Shown: positions 1 through 11,030, counted from the stretch's first letter. The stretch is 64,000 nucleotides of DNA from an uncultured Alphaproteobacteria bacterium (GCA_902553945.1 CACDMT010000001.1:7239-71238), one strand, 5' to 3'. Numbers and translations: made by a program. Notes: a model not told the origin generated them from the letters alone.

Positions 1-591
1 AGAACAAAAATTACAAATTATTTTACATTACCATTTATGATACCTGTGTTTATTTCGCCAGTGGTAGTAGGTTTAATTTGGAAATTCATGTTTAATTATG
101 ATTTGGGAATATTAAATTATCTTCTTGAATATATAGGAGTGGGTTCAATTAATTGGTTGGGCACTCCAAGAAATGCTTTTTGGTCTGTTGTTATTATTGA
201 TACTTGGCAATGGACACCTTTTACAACTTTAATAATTAAAGCTGGATTAGATAGTGTAGATCAAACACCTATTGAGGCTGCTACTGTTGATGGAGCAAAT
301 AGGTTTCAAATTTTTAGACATGTTACTTTTCCATCAATAGCTCCAATTTTTACAGTGGCTCTACTTTTTAGAACATTAGATGCTTTTAAGGCTTTTGATA
401 TTATTTATATCGTTACAAGAGGCGGGCCTGGTGGAAGCACATACGTATTAGGATATAACATTTGGAAAACTGCATTTTATCAAAATCAACTTGGATTAGC
501 TGGCGCTATGTCTGTAATAATGATCATAATAGCAACAATTCTTGCATTTATTTTAGTTAGAATCATGAAGAACTTACTGGAGAGAGAATGA
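1..591 (+). CDS. ABC transporter permease, MalF/UgpA type (5' end cut by window edge)
   Basis: Frame is open from base 1 with no stop before the listed Met at 37. Multi-TM protein with EAA-loop-like motif IEAATVDGANRFQIFRHVTFP. ATGA overlap with the next permease. Confidence 0.85.
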   Translation, partial: RTKITNYFTLPFMIPVFISPVVVGLIWKFMFNYDLGILNYLLEYIGVGSINWLGTPRNAFWSVVIIDTWQWTPFTTLIIKAGLDSVDQTPIEAATVDGANRFQIFRHVTFPSIAPIFTVALLFRTLDAFKAFDIIYIVTRGGPGGSTYVLGYNIWKTAFYQNQLGLAGAMSVIMIIIATILAFILVRIMKNLLERE

Positions 592-1415
592 TAGGGAAGA
601 TCTCAAGAACTGAACTTATATTACGGGTTTCATTACTTGTAATATTTTTTCTTTTTTTTATGTTTCCTATATATTGGATGGTTGTAACTTCTTTAAAAAA
701 TACTGTTGATATTTTTGCCATTCCACCAAAATGGTTTTTTTCTATTTCTTTTGAAAATTACTGGTACATTATGAGTGATGACTCTGGTTTTTTAAAAAAA
801 ATATTAAACTCTGCAATAGCATCAACCCTTAATGCTTTATTTACATTATTATTAGCATTTCCAGCTGCATACAGTATGTCTAGATATAAAACTGGAGGTA
901 TAAATTTACTAATGTGGTTTTTAAGCATTAGAATGATTCCACCAATAGTTGGTGCAATACCATTGTTTATAATTTTTTCTAAGTTAGGTTTAGTTGATAC
1001 ATTTATAGCCTTGCCAATTTTATACATAATCATCAATCTTCCATTTGCTATTTGGATGATAAAATCATTTATGGATGAGATACCAAAAGAAATAGATGAA
1101 AGTGCTTATGTTGAAGGTTGCTCTACAACTGGCGTTATTTTTAAAATAATTGTACCTTTAATTAGACCAGGAATTTTTGCTACTTTAGTTTTTTGCTTTA
1201 TTATGTCATGGAATGAATTTCTTATTGCTTACATTTTTACAAGAAAAGAAGCTATTACAGCACCAGTTGGTGTAGCAAGGTTTATTACAGAAAGACAAAT
1301 ATTGTGGGGATATATAACAGCTGGTGCAACTTTAGCTTCTATCTTACCTATGATACTTTTAATAATTTTTCAAAAGAATCTAGTTAGAGGATTAACATTG
1401 GGAGCTGTAAAATAA
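588..1415 (+). CDS. ABC transporter permease, MalG/UgpE type
   Basis: 275 aa, 6 predicted TM segments, EAA-type motif DESAYVEGCSTTGVIFKIIVPLIRPG. GGAGAG precedes the ATG and the start is translationally coupled to the previous gene. Confidence 0.85.
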   Translation: MIGKISRTELILRVSLLVIFFLFFMFPIYWMVVTSLKNTVDIFAIPPKWFFSISFENYWYIMSDDSGFLKKILNSAIASTLNALFTLLLAFPAAYSMSRYKTGGINLLMWFLSIRMIPPIVGAIPLFIIFSKLGLVDTFIALPILYIIINLPFAIWMIKSFMDEIPKEIDESAYVEGCSTTGVIFKIIVPLIRPGIFATLVFCFIMSWNEFLIAYIFTRKEAITAPVGVARFITERQILWGYITAGATLASILPMILLIIFQKNLVRGLTLGAVK

Positions 1416-1459
1416 CCTTTATTTAGTTTGTATTATTTGCTTAAATTATATTTTAATCT

Positions 1460-2011
1460 CTAAATATTAGTTGATCCTACTGCTATGACATTATTCAAAT
1501 TAAAATAATTTTTCATATTATCTTTATTAATGCCACCAGTCGGTATGAAAAGAATTTCATTATAAATATCATCTAAAACTTTCAGTGACTTTGCTCCTCC
1601 ATTTTGTTCAGCATGAAAATATTTTAAAATTTTAAAACCATACTCTAATGCTGTTAAAATTTCGGATGGAGTTGATACTCCTGGTATAAAAAAAATATTA
1701 TTTTTTTTTGAAATTTCTAACATTTTTTGATTAATACCTGGTGAAACATAAAAATCAAATTTCAATTTAATTACTTCTTCAAGAACAGGCAAGGATTTTA
1801 TTGAACCAATTCCGATATTGATATTTGGATTTTGCTCCTTAAGTTTAACTGCTGTTTTCAAAGCCTCATCACTTCTTAATGTTATTTCGATTAATTTATA
1901 ACTTTCTGAAACAAGTCTATTAAATTTATTTGTGATTTGGCTTTCAGTACCCTTACCAATAATAGGTATAACTTTTTGCAACTTTATAGTTTGAATCAGT
2001 TTATTTGACAT
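1460..2011 (-). CDS. eda: 2-keto-3-deoxy-6-phosphogluconate (KDPG) / 4-hydroxy-2-oxoglutarate aldolase
   Basis: 183 aa class I aldolase-like sequence (IEITLRS, PGVSTPSEI, LKYFHA with candidate Schiff-base Lys, IPTGGI). 11-bp overlap with upstream kdgK. Confidence 0.75.
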   Translation of the reverse strand: MSNKLIQTIKLQKVIPIIGKGTESQITNKFNRLVSESYKLIEITLRSDEALKTAVKLKEQNPNINIGIGSIKSLPVLEEVIKLKFDFYVSPGINQKMLEISKKNNIFFIPGVSTPSEILTALEYGFKILKYFHAEQNGGAKSLKVLDDIYNEILFIPTGGINKDNMKNYFNLNNVIAVGSTNI

Positions 2012-2912
2012 AATTTTTTACTTTGAAATAATCTTTGTGAATAATAGCTCCTTTAAAATTTGCAACAGTTTTTCCAAGATTATGTGCCAATTTCAAACAC
2101 TCTTCAATTTTTTTATTTTTGAAATAATTAAAAAGAAAGCAAGCATTAAATGCATCTCCACATCCGGTAGTGTCTTTAACATTTTTATTTAAATAAAATT
2201 TATATTTTTCTATTTTATTCTTATTGTATATATTCACATTTCCATTACGTAATCTGAATACAATAATTTTGTTCTTAGTATTTATTGGAGTAAAATATTG
2301 AGATTTTCTTAAACCCAAATTTTTTAAATCTTCAGTTGTTATAAAAATAATATCAGATATCTGACTAAATCTAATTATAGACTGTTGTGCATTTTTTTTA
2401 TTACTCCAATTTTTTATTCGAATATTAAAATCAAAATAAATTTTTATGCCACTCTTTTTTAATAAACTTAAGAGTTTATAAAATTTATTAATACTTTTTT
2501 GATTGTAAATTGATAAAGTAATGCCTGAAAAATAAATTGCTTCATATTTAGAAACTTTATTAAACAATACATTAAGATTTACTTTTTCAAATAAACTTTT
2601 AGCAGCTGAATCAGATCTCCAATAAAAGAAATTTCTTTCACCTTTGCTATTATTTTTAATAACATATAACCCTATAGTCTTATTTTGATTATAATGAATA
2701 TTATCGGTCTTTACTTTTTCTTGTTTTAAAAAATTAACCATTTTCTTACTAAGAAGATCATTTCCAACAGAAGTAATGTAAGATGATTTAGCGCCCAATC
2801 TTGAAAGATAAATTGCCGAATTAGCAGTATCTCCTGCGTAACTAAGCTTAAAAGTATTTTCATTAATATTCGATAACTCAATCATACATTCACCTATCGA
2901 ACAGATGCGCAT
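2001..2912 (-). CDS. kdgK: 2-keto-3-deoxygluconate kinase (PfkB/ribokinase family)
   Basis: 303 aa. N-terminal GECMIEL...AGDTANSAIYLSRLG and C-terminal DTTGCGDAFNACF signatures of PfkB sugar kinases. Adjacent to eda. Confidence 0.8.
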   Translation of the reverse strand: MRICSIGECMIELSNINENTFKLSYAGDTANSAIYLSRLGAKSSYITSVGNDLLSKKMVNFLKQEKVKTDNIHYNQNKTIGLYVIKNNSKGERNFFYWRSDSAAKSLFEKVNLNVLFNKVSKYEAIYFSGITLSIYNQKSINKFYKLLSLLKKSGIKIYFDFNIRIKNWSNKKNAQQSIIRFSQISDIIFITTEDLKNLGLRKSQYFTPINTKNKIIVFRLRNGNVNIYNKNKIEKYKFYLNKNVKDTTGCGDAFNACFLFNYFKNKKIEECLKLAHNLGKTVANFKGAIIHKDYFKVKNYVK

Positions 2913-2917
2913 TTATT

Positions 2918-3760
2918 TTATTTGTATAAACTAGAAATATCTATTTCGGTAATATGCCATCTACCTAAATTTGCTGTATACATAGTATTCCCGTCTTCTG
3001 AAATTGCTATATTTGTAGGATGAGCCATTGTGGTACAAATTTTATCCTCTATAAGAATTTTAGTATTGCCTTTTGTATCAGCCATATAAATTCTAGATGG
3101 CTCATAACAACTAATAAATAAATTATTTTCTTTATCAAATGCCAAACCATCTGGAACTATAGCAATATCCTCTGTAAAAATTTCTTTTTTTCCAAAAGAG
3201 CCATCATCATTAATTGGTAATCGAGAAACACATGGGTGGAATGATTCTACAACATATAAAAAAGAACCATCAGGAGATAAACACATACCATTTGCAAAAT
3301 TAAATACCTCTTCAGAACATGGACCACCTTCTCCCGTTAATAAATCAAATCTATATAAACCAATACCTTTTTCATTAAATCCAAAACTATCAGAAACATA
3401 AACACAATTTCGATTTTGATCAATCACAGGATAATTTGGAATTTTAGGACCCTTTGCAAATTCTTTAAAAGATTTATTACTACTATCATACTTGTAAAGT
3501 GCAGCTTCTTTCATTTCACATGCAAAAACATTATTTTTATTATCGATTGCTATACCTAAGATAAATCCACCACTACTAGCTAAGCATTCCATTTTAGATT
3601 TATCTTTTTCAATTTTCATTATTTCTCCATTTTCTGTTCCACAATATACATTACCCTCATTGTCTAGAGCAACACCTTCAGGATGTTGTAATCTTGGATT
3701 AGAAAATATTCCATCAAAATAAACTTTTGCTTTATCTGAATCTAAAATTGGCTCCATCAA
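2918..3760 (-). CDS. SMP-30/gluconolactonase/LRE-like beta-propeller lactonase (copy 1)
   Basis: 280 aa with repeated propeller-blade pattern (PEGVALD, NGMCLSPDG, PDGLAFD, PTNIA). Sits in the operon with kdgK and eda. Confidence 0.7.
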   Translation of the reverse strand: MMEPILDSDKAKVYFDGIFSNPRLQHPEGVALDNEGNVYCGTENGEIMKIEKDKSKMECLASSGGFILGIAIDNKNNVFACEMKEAALYKYDSSNKSFKEFAKGPKIPNYPVIDQNRNCVYVSDSFGFNEKGIGLYRFDLLTGEGGPCSEEVFNFANGMCLSPDGSFLYVVESFHPCVSRLPINDDGSFGKKEIFTEDIAIVPDGLAFDKENNLFISCYEPSRIYMADTKGNTKILIEDKICTTMAHPTNIAISEDGNTMYTANLGRWHITEIDISSLYK

Positions 3761-3769
3761 TTCCTCCTT

Positions 3770-5500
3770 TTAGTTTAAGTTTTTAATTAACTTTTTTTCT
3801 TTTCTAATTATTTCTTCAAGTAATTTTATTCTTTCTTCTCCACTTGTAAACTCTAACTTTCTAATATTAAGTGGGTCAACTATATATCTTAATACATTTA
3901 ATTGACTTGTTGTTGGCATTTTAGTTATTTTACAATCTTTTTTATATTTCACTTTGAAAGATGTATTCTGTTCAATGTCTTTTTTTGTAACTCCTTTATG
4001 AATACTAGCTACTTCTAATAAACCAGTTTTTTTATTTTTTTCAAAAATACATAAATTTGTAAATATTTTAACGTCACCTGGTTTTAAACCTGCTCTTAAT
4101 CTATCTTTATCTTTGAATAAACCTCTACCAGCACTGACATAATCTACTTTTTCAACAAAACTTAATTTAGAATGTTTAGTGACATAACCAACAAAATGTT
4201 GATGAAGATTACATACATCTGCCATGCCGCCTTGACCTGGTAATCTAAGAACTCCTCCACTTTTTTTCTTAATCTCAATATTATTAACATCTCCATATTT
4301 ATCAATTTGTGCCGCTCCTATAACTTCGTGAGTTATCTGACCATTTTGATAATAAATACTATATGAGTCATCACCTCCCCAATAATTTATACATGTTTCT
4401 CTATCTAAAACTTCACTAAAAGATAAAGTCATTGGTCTGAAACTCACATCATGATGTCCATATGTCATCGTTGTAAGTATTAATTTAGGAGCGTGAAGTT
4501 TTTTTGCGAGAAAATAAGAAACGTTTGCTAATGGTGATACTGCACCTGAACTGCATAAGCTATTATTATTATATTCATTTGCTAATGCAAAGGCCATTAT
4601 TTCATCACTTGTTATTTTTTCTTTAGATTTTTTATTCTTGTAATTTTTAGCTAGATAGGTTTTAAAAAATTTAGAACCTAATTTGTTTGACTTAGTTACA
4701 AATTGTTTATTTTTTTTAAAACTTGTTCCAATTTTAAGTGGTGTCTTTAAAAAAGCATTTTTAAGATCTTCGTAATCAGTTATATAGTAAGGCACTGAGG
4801 AAGTTGGATACGCACCGTAAGGTACATGGGCAATTGCTTTGATAAAGTTTTTAGAAATAAGACTTCCTTTCTTTTCACGTGCTAAAATATCTCTAGATAC
4901 AACTTCATCAACTGTTACAATAACTTGCTTGCTAGCACCAGCCATAATAGTGTCTAAAGCACGAGGACCTAGAATTTCTACATTTCCATCTTCATCAGCT
5001 CTACTTGCATGAAGGAGAAAATTATCAATTTTTAAAGATGGGACAATTGCAAACTGATTTTTTGAAATAGGGTCTTTAAACTTTTTACAAAATTTTGTTT
5101 TTATGGGTAAATCAGATCCCCAGGGGTATTGAAATATTTCAGAGTCTATATTTTGTTGTCCTGCACGTAATGCCTTAATTAATCCAAGAGCAGACCAATC
5201 TATAACTTCGATTTTTTTATTTTCACAAGTTTTTCTAAACAAAGGTGCAAGCCCAAAAATATCTAAGCTTGAAAAACAAATTTGAATTTTTTTAACTGCA
5301 TTTTTTTGTAGAAAAAGTTCTAAAGCTAAACCTCCTGACCAGCTAATAAATTCTAAATTTTTTGGTTTATTTTTTAATAAATTATTTATCAATGCAATTG
5401 GCAATCTCGCAAAGTGATGACCTCCTATTCCTATAGAAGTATTATTTTTAATAAGACCTGATAGATGATTTAAAGATTTAAATTTAGATGAAAGTTTCAT
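3770..5500 (-). CDS. Fused class I CoA-transferase (GctA-like N-half + GctB-like C-half)
   Basis: 576 aa. The N-half resembles glutaconate CoA-transferase subunit A (IGIGGHHFARLP; HASRADEDGNVEILG; AHVPYGAYPTS). The C-half carries a PGQGGMAD-type beta-subunit region. Zero-bp junction with the upstream gene. Confidence 0.7.
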   Translation of the reverse strand: MKLSSKFKSLNHLSGLIKNNTSIGIGGHHFARLPIALINNLLKNKPKNLEFISWSGGLALELFLQKNAVKKIQICFSSLDIFGLAPLFRKTCENKKIEVIDWSALGLIKALRAGQQNIDSEIFQYPWGSDLPIKTKFCKKFKDPISKNQFAIVPSLKIDNFLLHASRADEDGNVEILGPRALDTIMAGASKQVIVTVDEVVSRDILAREKKGSLISKNFIKAIAHVPYGAYPTSSVPYYITDYEDLKNAFLKTPLKIGTSFKKNKQFVTKSNKLGSKFFKTYLAKNYKNKKSKEKITSDEIMAFALANEYNNNSLCSSGAVSPLANVSYFLAKKLHAPKLILTTMTYGHHDVSFRPMTLSFSEVLDRETCINYWGGDDSYSIYYQNGQITHEVIGAAQIDKYGDVNNIEIKKKSGGVLRLPGQGGMADVCNLHQHFVGYVTKHSKLSFVEKVDYVSAGRGLFKDKDRLRAGLKPGDVKIFTNLCIFEKNKKTGLLEVASIHKGVTKKDIEQNTSFKVKYKKDCKITKMPTTSQLNVLRYIVDPLNIRKLEFTSGEERIKLLEEIIRKEKKLIKNLN

Positions 5501-6520
5501 TTATAGATTGCTTACAGAAAATGAATAATCTGAATAAAGGGGTTTATCTTTAAAAAGTTTTATACTAGTTGCTACATTTCTTTTAGATATCGGATTTTCT
5601 TTATTCAAAGAAATATGCGTTGATAGTCCAAAAGCAGATGAAATTGGTTCAAAACCAACTGTTACATGATTGCTATTCCATGGATATTCTGTTCTGCCTT
5701 TATTACTAACCCACATAAGCACTGAAGAAAAATGATCAGGATTCCATGAAAAATTAAATTTGTAATTATCTTCAAAATTCTCAAAAGACATATTGCCATC
5801 AATACCACAAAGCTGAAAGAGGTCTTCAAAGTTTCCTTCAAATGGTGGTTTTGAGATATCTATGATATTTCCATTAAATCCTTCAACTTTTTCTAATGTA
5901 GAAAATTCTTTCCCTACAGCTCCTAATGTTTTATCTTTTAAAACTAATCCTGGATAGTTAAGTCCAAATTTAAAATTACCTGGATTTATTTTTATTTTTG
6001 ACATTTTTTTTGGTATGCGTAGCATCGGATGCAAACCAATTGGTAATTCACAATCCTCTTTTACATGTATTTGAAGTGTGCAAAATATTTTATTAGGCTT
6101 GTCATCCTGAACTTGAATAGTTCTTACTAGAAAATTAACTAAATCGTTTTCAGGATAATGTATTTTAAATTCTAGTTTATTTGATTCTTTTTCTATTAAT
6201 TCCCAATTTTTATTTGAGCTATAACCATGTGGTTCATTTACAATGTATGGTTCTTCTGAATATGATTTTTCCCATTCTTTAGTAAGTGCTTCAACAGGAG
6301 AATTAATCCCAAAAGGAACACATGGGAATTCCCCTTTAAGGTTTTGAAGTATACCTGGAAGTGAATTAAATTCTTCTGAATTATCTTCAAGCCACTCAGG
6401 CTCATGAAGGGGTTTAATTTTTTTTCCGTCAAGATTGAATATGGGAATCATTTTACATCCCAATGTATCAACTTCAACTTCTCCACCTTTCCAATTAAGT
6501 AAAATTTTTTCAGCCATCAA
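5501..6520 (-). CDS. Divergent galactose-mutarotase-fold (aldose-1-epimerase-like) protein
   Basis: 339 aa. Spaced motifs PHGYSSNKNWEL, GLHPMLR and VGFEPISS resemble the HG..W / HP.F / EP pattern of aldose epimerases. Assignment is by eye only. Confidence 0.4.
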   Translation of the reverse strand: MMAEKILLNWKGGEVEVDTLGCKMIPIFNLDGKKIKPLHEPEWLEDNSEEFNSLPGILQNLKGEFPCVPFGINSPVEALTKEWEKSYSEEPYIVNEPHGYSSNKNWELIEKESNKLEFKIHYPENDLVNFLVRTIQVQDDKPNKIFCTLQIHVKEDCELPIGLHPMLRIPKKMSKIKINPGNFKFGLNYPGLVLKDKTLGAVGKEFSTLEKVEGFNGNIIDISKPPFEGNFEDLFQLCGIDGNMSFENFEDNYKFNFSWNPDHFSSVLMWVSNKGRTEYPWNSNHVTVGFEPISSAFGLSTHISLNKENPISKRNVATSIKLFKDKPLYSDYSFSVSNL

Positions 6521-6522
6521 TA

Positions 6523-7755
6523 TTACCTATCTACAGTTATTATTTTTTCTTCTTCATATTGTTTAATTTCATCAATAGAATAACCGAATTCTTGCAATAT
6601 TTCATAGCTATGCTCTCCCACTAAAGGAGCTGGCTTAGAAATTTTAGGAGGAGTTTCACTCATCTTAGCTGCTGGAGATACAGTACGAACAGTTCCATAT
6701 TTTTCATGAGTATAGCTAGTAAACATTTTCATATGTTGAACTTGAGGATCATCTAATACTTCTACATGTTTATAAACAGGAGCTACCCAAGCACCTTTGT
6801 CTAATAAGGTATTAAGAAGATATTCACTTGTATACTCTATCGTTCTTTTTTCTATATGGTTAAATATTTCATCTCTTTTAGTAAATTGTATTTGAGATCC
6901 AAATGCTCCTTTAGGGCCATCATCCTTATAATTAGTAGATATAGTTTCATCTTCTAATACCTCAGCTAAAAGTTCGAGTGAGGCAATTGCGATACTTATA
7001 TATTTATCTTTGGTTTTATAAACTCCAAAAGGTGCTGCAGTTCCTGGATGACCAATACCAGAGTTTGCTCTTTCAAATTCTTGGTTTAGGTTAAGCACGG
7101 CAACAAATTCTTGAAGCTCATGTTGCAAAAGAGCACTTAATAAATCAATTTGTATTTCCTGACCTTTCCCAGTTCTGTCCCTATAGTAAACTGCAGACAA
7201 AATACTAATTACCATATTATAAGATCCTAATTGATCTGCCATTCCGGCTCCTACTGTTACTGGAGGTCCATCAGCTCTTCCAGTATTATAGGTAAGTCCT
7301 GACATACCTTGTATTAAAATATCTTGCCCCGGTCTCTTCGCATATGGACCTGTTCTTCCATAGCCAGATCCATTACAATAAATTATTTTTGGATTTATTT
7401 TTTTCAAATCTTCAAATCCAAAACCAAGTTTGCTCATGACTCCCGGTCTGAAATTTTGAATTACAACATCACAATCTTTAACCATCTTATATAAAATATC
7501 TTTACCTTTAGTACTTTTCATATCTATCGCTAAAGATCTTTTATTTCTATTCCATGATAAAAATGTAGCTGCTTGTGTTCCTCCTACTTTTTTATTGAAA
7601 AAGTGCCAGCGCCTATAATCATCTCCTACTTCAGCTCTTTCAATTTTGTAAATGGTTGCTCCATAATCTCCTAAAATTTGTGTAGCAAATGGTCCAGCCA
7701 AAAGATGGCTAAAATCTAAAACCTTCAATCCACTTAATGCTGATTTATCTTCCAT
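6523..7755 (-). CDS. Class III CoA-transferase (CaiB/BaiF family)
   Basis: 410 aa. Typical N-terminus LSGLKVLDFSHLLAGPFATQILGDYGATIYKIE and QNFRPGVMSKLG motif. Confidence 0.85.
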   Translation of the reverse strand: MEDKSALSGLKVLDFSHLLAGPFATQILGDYGATIYKIERAEVGDDYRRWHFFNKKVGGTQAATFLSWNRNKRSLAIDMKSTKGKDILYKMVKDCDVVIQNFRPGVMSKLGFGFEDLKKINPKIIYCNGSGYGRTGPYAKRPGQDILIQGMSGLTYNTGRADGPPVTVGAGMADQLGSYNMVISILSAVYYRDRTGKGQEIQIDLLSALLQHELQEFVAVLNLNQEFERANSGIGHPGTAAPFGVYKTKDKYISIAIASLELLAEVLEDETISTNYKDDGPKGAFGSQIQFTKRDEIFNHIEKRTIEYTSEYLLNTLLDKGAWVAPVYKHVEVLDDPQVQHMKMFTSYTHEKYGTVRTVSPAAKMSETPPKISKPAPLVGEHSYEILQEFGYSIDEIKQYEEEKIITVDR

Positions 7756-7760
7756 AAAAA

Positions 7761-8561
7761 TTACTTACTTCGTGAACCTGCCCCAGGTTTCATTCTTGGA
7801 GTTATTGTAAGTCCTCCATCTACTCTGAAATCAGCACCGTTAGTAAAAGCACCTCCATCAGATGCAAGAAAGACAGCTGTGGCTCCTATTTCTTCTGGTT
7901 CACCAATTCTTCCAATGGGATGCATACCTAATTGCTCTTCAAATAGTTTTCCTGTTCCATCTTCTGAAACAACTTGTTTTACCATCTCAGTATTTATAGT
8001 TCCTGGAGATATAGAATTAGTTCTTATGTTATAAGGACCAAACTCTGTTGCAAGCTGTCTTGTCATAGATATTATTCCTCCCTTGGTTGCAGCATATGCT
8101 GCCCAGCCTGGAAGTGGGGTATGAGCTTGTGCAGAAGCTATATTTATTATTGAACCTCCACCTATTTTTTTAAAAATTGGTATTGAGTGTTTACACCCAT
8201 AAAATACACTTGATAAATTGGAACCGATTACTGCATGCCAATCTTCGTTTGACATATCCGTAACAGGGTAACCGCCAATTGCTCTTGCCGCGTTATTTAC
8301 TATAACATTAAGAGTATTAAATTTTTTTTCAGCAGTTTGGATAACATTCTTTACTTCTTCTTCTTTAGAAACATCAGCTTTAACAAATGTAACATTTGAA
8401 TTGATTTTCTGTAAGTCTGCGCAAACTTGTTCACCTAGTTCTACATTCACATCTGATAATACAACATTAGCTCCAGAGTTAACGAAACTAGTTGCTATAG
8501 CTTTTCCTATTCCTGATGCTGTTCCAGTAACAACTGCAACTTTATTTTTTAAATCAGTCAT
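7761..8561 (-). CDS. Short-chain dehydrogenase/reductase (SDR)
   Basis: 266 aa. TGTASGIGKA cofactor motif, NNAA, catalytic YAATKGG (YxxxK). Confidence 0.85.
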   Translation of the reverse strand: MTDLKNKVAVVTGTASGIGKAIATSFVNSGANVVLSDVNVELGEQVCADLQKINSNVTFVKADVSKEEEVKNVIQTAEKKFNTLNVIVNNAARAIGGYPVTDMSNEDWHAVIGSNLSSVFYGCKHSIPIFKKIGGGSIINIASAQAHTPLPGWAAYAATKGGIISMTRQLATEFGPYNIRTNSISPGTINTEMVKQVVSEDGTGKLFEEQLGMHPIGRIGEPEEIGATAVFLASDGGAFTNGADFRVDGGLTITPRMKPGAGSRSK

Positions 8562-8578
8562 ATTTTTCTCCTTTATCT

Positions 8579-9532
8579 CTATAATGATCTATTTCGTTTT
8601 AATTCATCAAATCCTACAGCAATAATTATTATTACGCCATTAACAACTAATTGCCATTGTGTATCAATATTTAATAATCCTAATCCATTGGAAATTACTG
8701 ATAAAATCAATACGCCAATTGCTGCTCCAGTTAAAGATCCAATACCACCTGCTAGACTAACACCACCTAATACTACTGCTGCAACCACTTGAAATTCAAA
8801 TAAATCTCCTGCAACATGATTTGCAGATCCAATTCTTGACGCAAGAATTATTGCACTTATAGAACTAAGAAAAGAGCAAATAACAAATGCACTTAATTTT
8901 AAAAGTTTTATGTTATATCCAGCTAATCGAGCAACTTCTTGATTGCCTCCAACAGCATATAATTTTCTTCCATAACTGGTATTTCGCATTACAAATATAA
9001 ATATTAATAAAATAATCAATCCTATTATAGCTGCATAAGGGATGGTTCCCATAAATTTACCATTACCAATATAAAAAAAGAAATCTGACATTAATTCATC
9101 TGGAATAGCTCTTTGACCGGTATAAAGATATACAGCACCCCTAAGGATAAATAACATACCTAGTGTTACAATTAAGGAGCTTACACCTAGATAGACAGAT
9201 AAATATCCATTGATAAGACCAATAATAATTCCAAATATTAAACATAAAATTATTCCTAAAGGAACACTTCCAGTAATATTCATAATTTCTATTAGTGGCA
9301 GCGATACAAATGCTAGAAGGGATCCAATTGAAATATCTACTTCACCAGCAATTAGTAAAACTGAAAAACCAATTGCCGCAATTAGAATAATAGACAACTG
9401 ACCTGAAACATTCATAATGTTACGCAAGGTAAAAAAATATTCCGAACTAAAAGAAAAAATTATAAAAACAATTAAAAAAATTATAAATAATGCTAATTCA
9501 CCTTTTCTTAAATATTTTAAAATATTATTCAT
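8579..9532 (-). CDS. Sugar ABC transporter permease (RbsC/AraH type)
   Basis: 317 aa polytopic membrane protein with GEVDISIGS motif typical of the ribose-type permease family. Confidence 0.8.
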   Translation of the reverse strand: MNNILKYLRKGELALFIIFLIVFIIFSFSSEYFFTLRNIMNVSGQLSIILIAAIGFSVLLIAGEVDISIGSLLAFVSLPLIEIMNITGSVPLGIILCLIFGIIIGLINGYLSVYLGVSSLIVTLGMLFILRGAVYLYTGQRAIPDELMSDFFFYIGNGKFMGTIPYAAIIGLIILLIFIFVMRNTSYGRKLYAVGGNQEVARLAGYNIKLLKLSAFVICSFLSSISAIILASRIGSANHVAGDLFEFQVVAAVVLGGVSLAGGIGSLTGAAIGVLILSVISNGLGLLNIDTQWQLVVNGVIIIIAVGFDELKRNRSL

Positions 9533-9533
9533 T

Positions 9534-11030
9534 TTAGTTTACTGATGCCTTAAATATTTCTTCTTGTGTAACTTTGCCTCGATAAAATTCTTTACTAATT
9601 TTACCATCAGCCATTACTAATATTCTATCACTAAGACTTAAAAGATCATTCATTTCTGAAGTCATAAGGAGTACTGACAGTCCTTGTTTAGCAAGATCAT
9701 TAATTAGACTTAATACTTCTGTTTTAGCTCCTATATCAACACCACGTGTTGGTTCATCGAGGATGATTATTTTTAATTCTCTTATTAACCATCTACTAAC
9801 TAAAACTTTTTGTTGGTTGCCGCCACTTAAAAGAGTTATTAATCTCTCAGAGGAAGGTGTTTTTACTGAAAATTTTTTAATATATTCATCTGCTGCCTTT
9901 TTTTCTCTTTTCCGATTGATAATAAACAAATCTTCAAATATTTTAAGACTTGGTAGGCTCATATTTTCTCTTAAATTCATGTCTTTAACAATGCCCTCGC
10001 CTTTTCTATCTTCAGTAATATAGCCAATACCATTGTTAACCATTGTTGATGTATTAAAGCTTTTATAAATATTATTATTAACTTCTATTTGTCCTTCAGT
10101 AATTTTATCATAACCAAAAACAGCTTTTGCTAGTTCAGTTCTTCCTGCGCCCATAAGTCCAAAAAAGCCTAAAATTTCACCTTCATGTAAATCAAATGAA
10201 ACATTTTTAATTTTATTTTTAGAACTAATTTTTTCAACCTTCATGACTGTTTTTGCACTTAAAATATCTTTAGGTCTTTCAAATGTTGCATTTACAGTTC
10301 TACCGACCATATCCTTAATAATTAATTCTTCATTAGTTTCAGATATGAGTTTATTTGAAATATGTTGTCCATCTCTTAGCACTGTAACTTCATCAGCTAT
10401 TTTAAAAATTTCATCAATTTTATGAGTTACATATAAAATTGCTATATTATTTTGCTTCAAATTTTTTATAACGGTAAATAATTTTTCAATTTCATTAGGA
10501 GTTAAAGAAGAAGTTGGTTCATCCATTATAACTACAGAAGCATTTTTAAAAACAGCTCTTGCAATTTCAACCATTTGTTGTTGAGAAATAGATAAATCTG
10601 AAATTTTAGATTTTGGATTTAAATTAAAACCGACTCTGTTAAATAATTCTTCTGTATCTTTATAAAGTTTATTCCAGTTCATTACACCTAAACTATTTGT
10701 AGGAAAATTATCTAGGAATATATTTTCAGCGACAGAAAATTCGGAGATAAGTGATATTTCTTGATAAACAACTTTAATTCCATAATTTAAACTATCATTT
10801 GGATTTCTGATATTTAACTTATTTTGATCAAATAAAATATTACCTGTATCTTTTGAGTAAGCTCCTGCTAAAATCTTTATAAGTGTTGACTTACCAGCAC
10901 CATTTTCTCCCATAAGTGCGTGAACTTTTCCAGCAGAAATTTTCATACTTACATTATCTAAAGCCTGCACACCGGGAAAAGACTTGCTGACTGATTCAAT
11001 ATTCAATTCTTTAAAATTAATATTAACCAC
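9534..11030 (-). CDS. Sugar ABC transporter ATP-binding protein, tandem ATPase (RbsA/MglA type)
   Basis: 498 aa with two NBDs: Walker A GENGAGKST, signature LSISQQQ / LSGGNQQK, Walker B IMDEPT / ILDEPT. Confidence 0.9.
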   Translation of the reverse strand: MVNINFKELNIESVSKSFPGVQALDNVSMKISAGKVHALMGENGAGKSTLIKILAGAYSKDTGNILFDQNKLNIRNPNDSLNYGIKVVYQEISLISEFSVAENIFLDNFPTNSLGVMNWNKLYKDTEELFNRVGFNLNPKSKISDLSISQQQMVEIARAVFKNASVVIMDEPTSSLTPNEIEKLFTVIKNLKQNNIAILYVTHKIDEIFKIADEVTVLRDGQHISNKLISETNEELIIKDMVGRTVNATFERPKDILSAKTVMKVEKISSKNKIKNVSFDLHEGEILGFFGLMGAGRTELAKAVFGYDKITEGQIEVNNNIYKSFNTSTMVNNGIGYITEDRKGEGIVKDMNLRENMSLPSLKIFEDLFIINRKREKKAADEYIKKFSVKTPSSERLITLLSGGNQQKVLVSRWLIRELKIIILDEPTRGVDIGAKTEVLSLINDLAKQGLSVLLMTSEMNDLLSLSDRILVMADGKISKEFYRGKVTQEEIFKASVN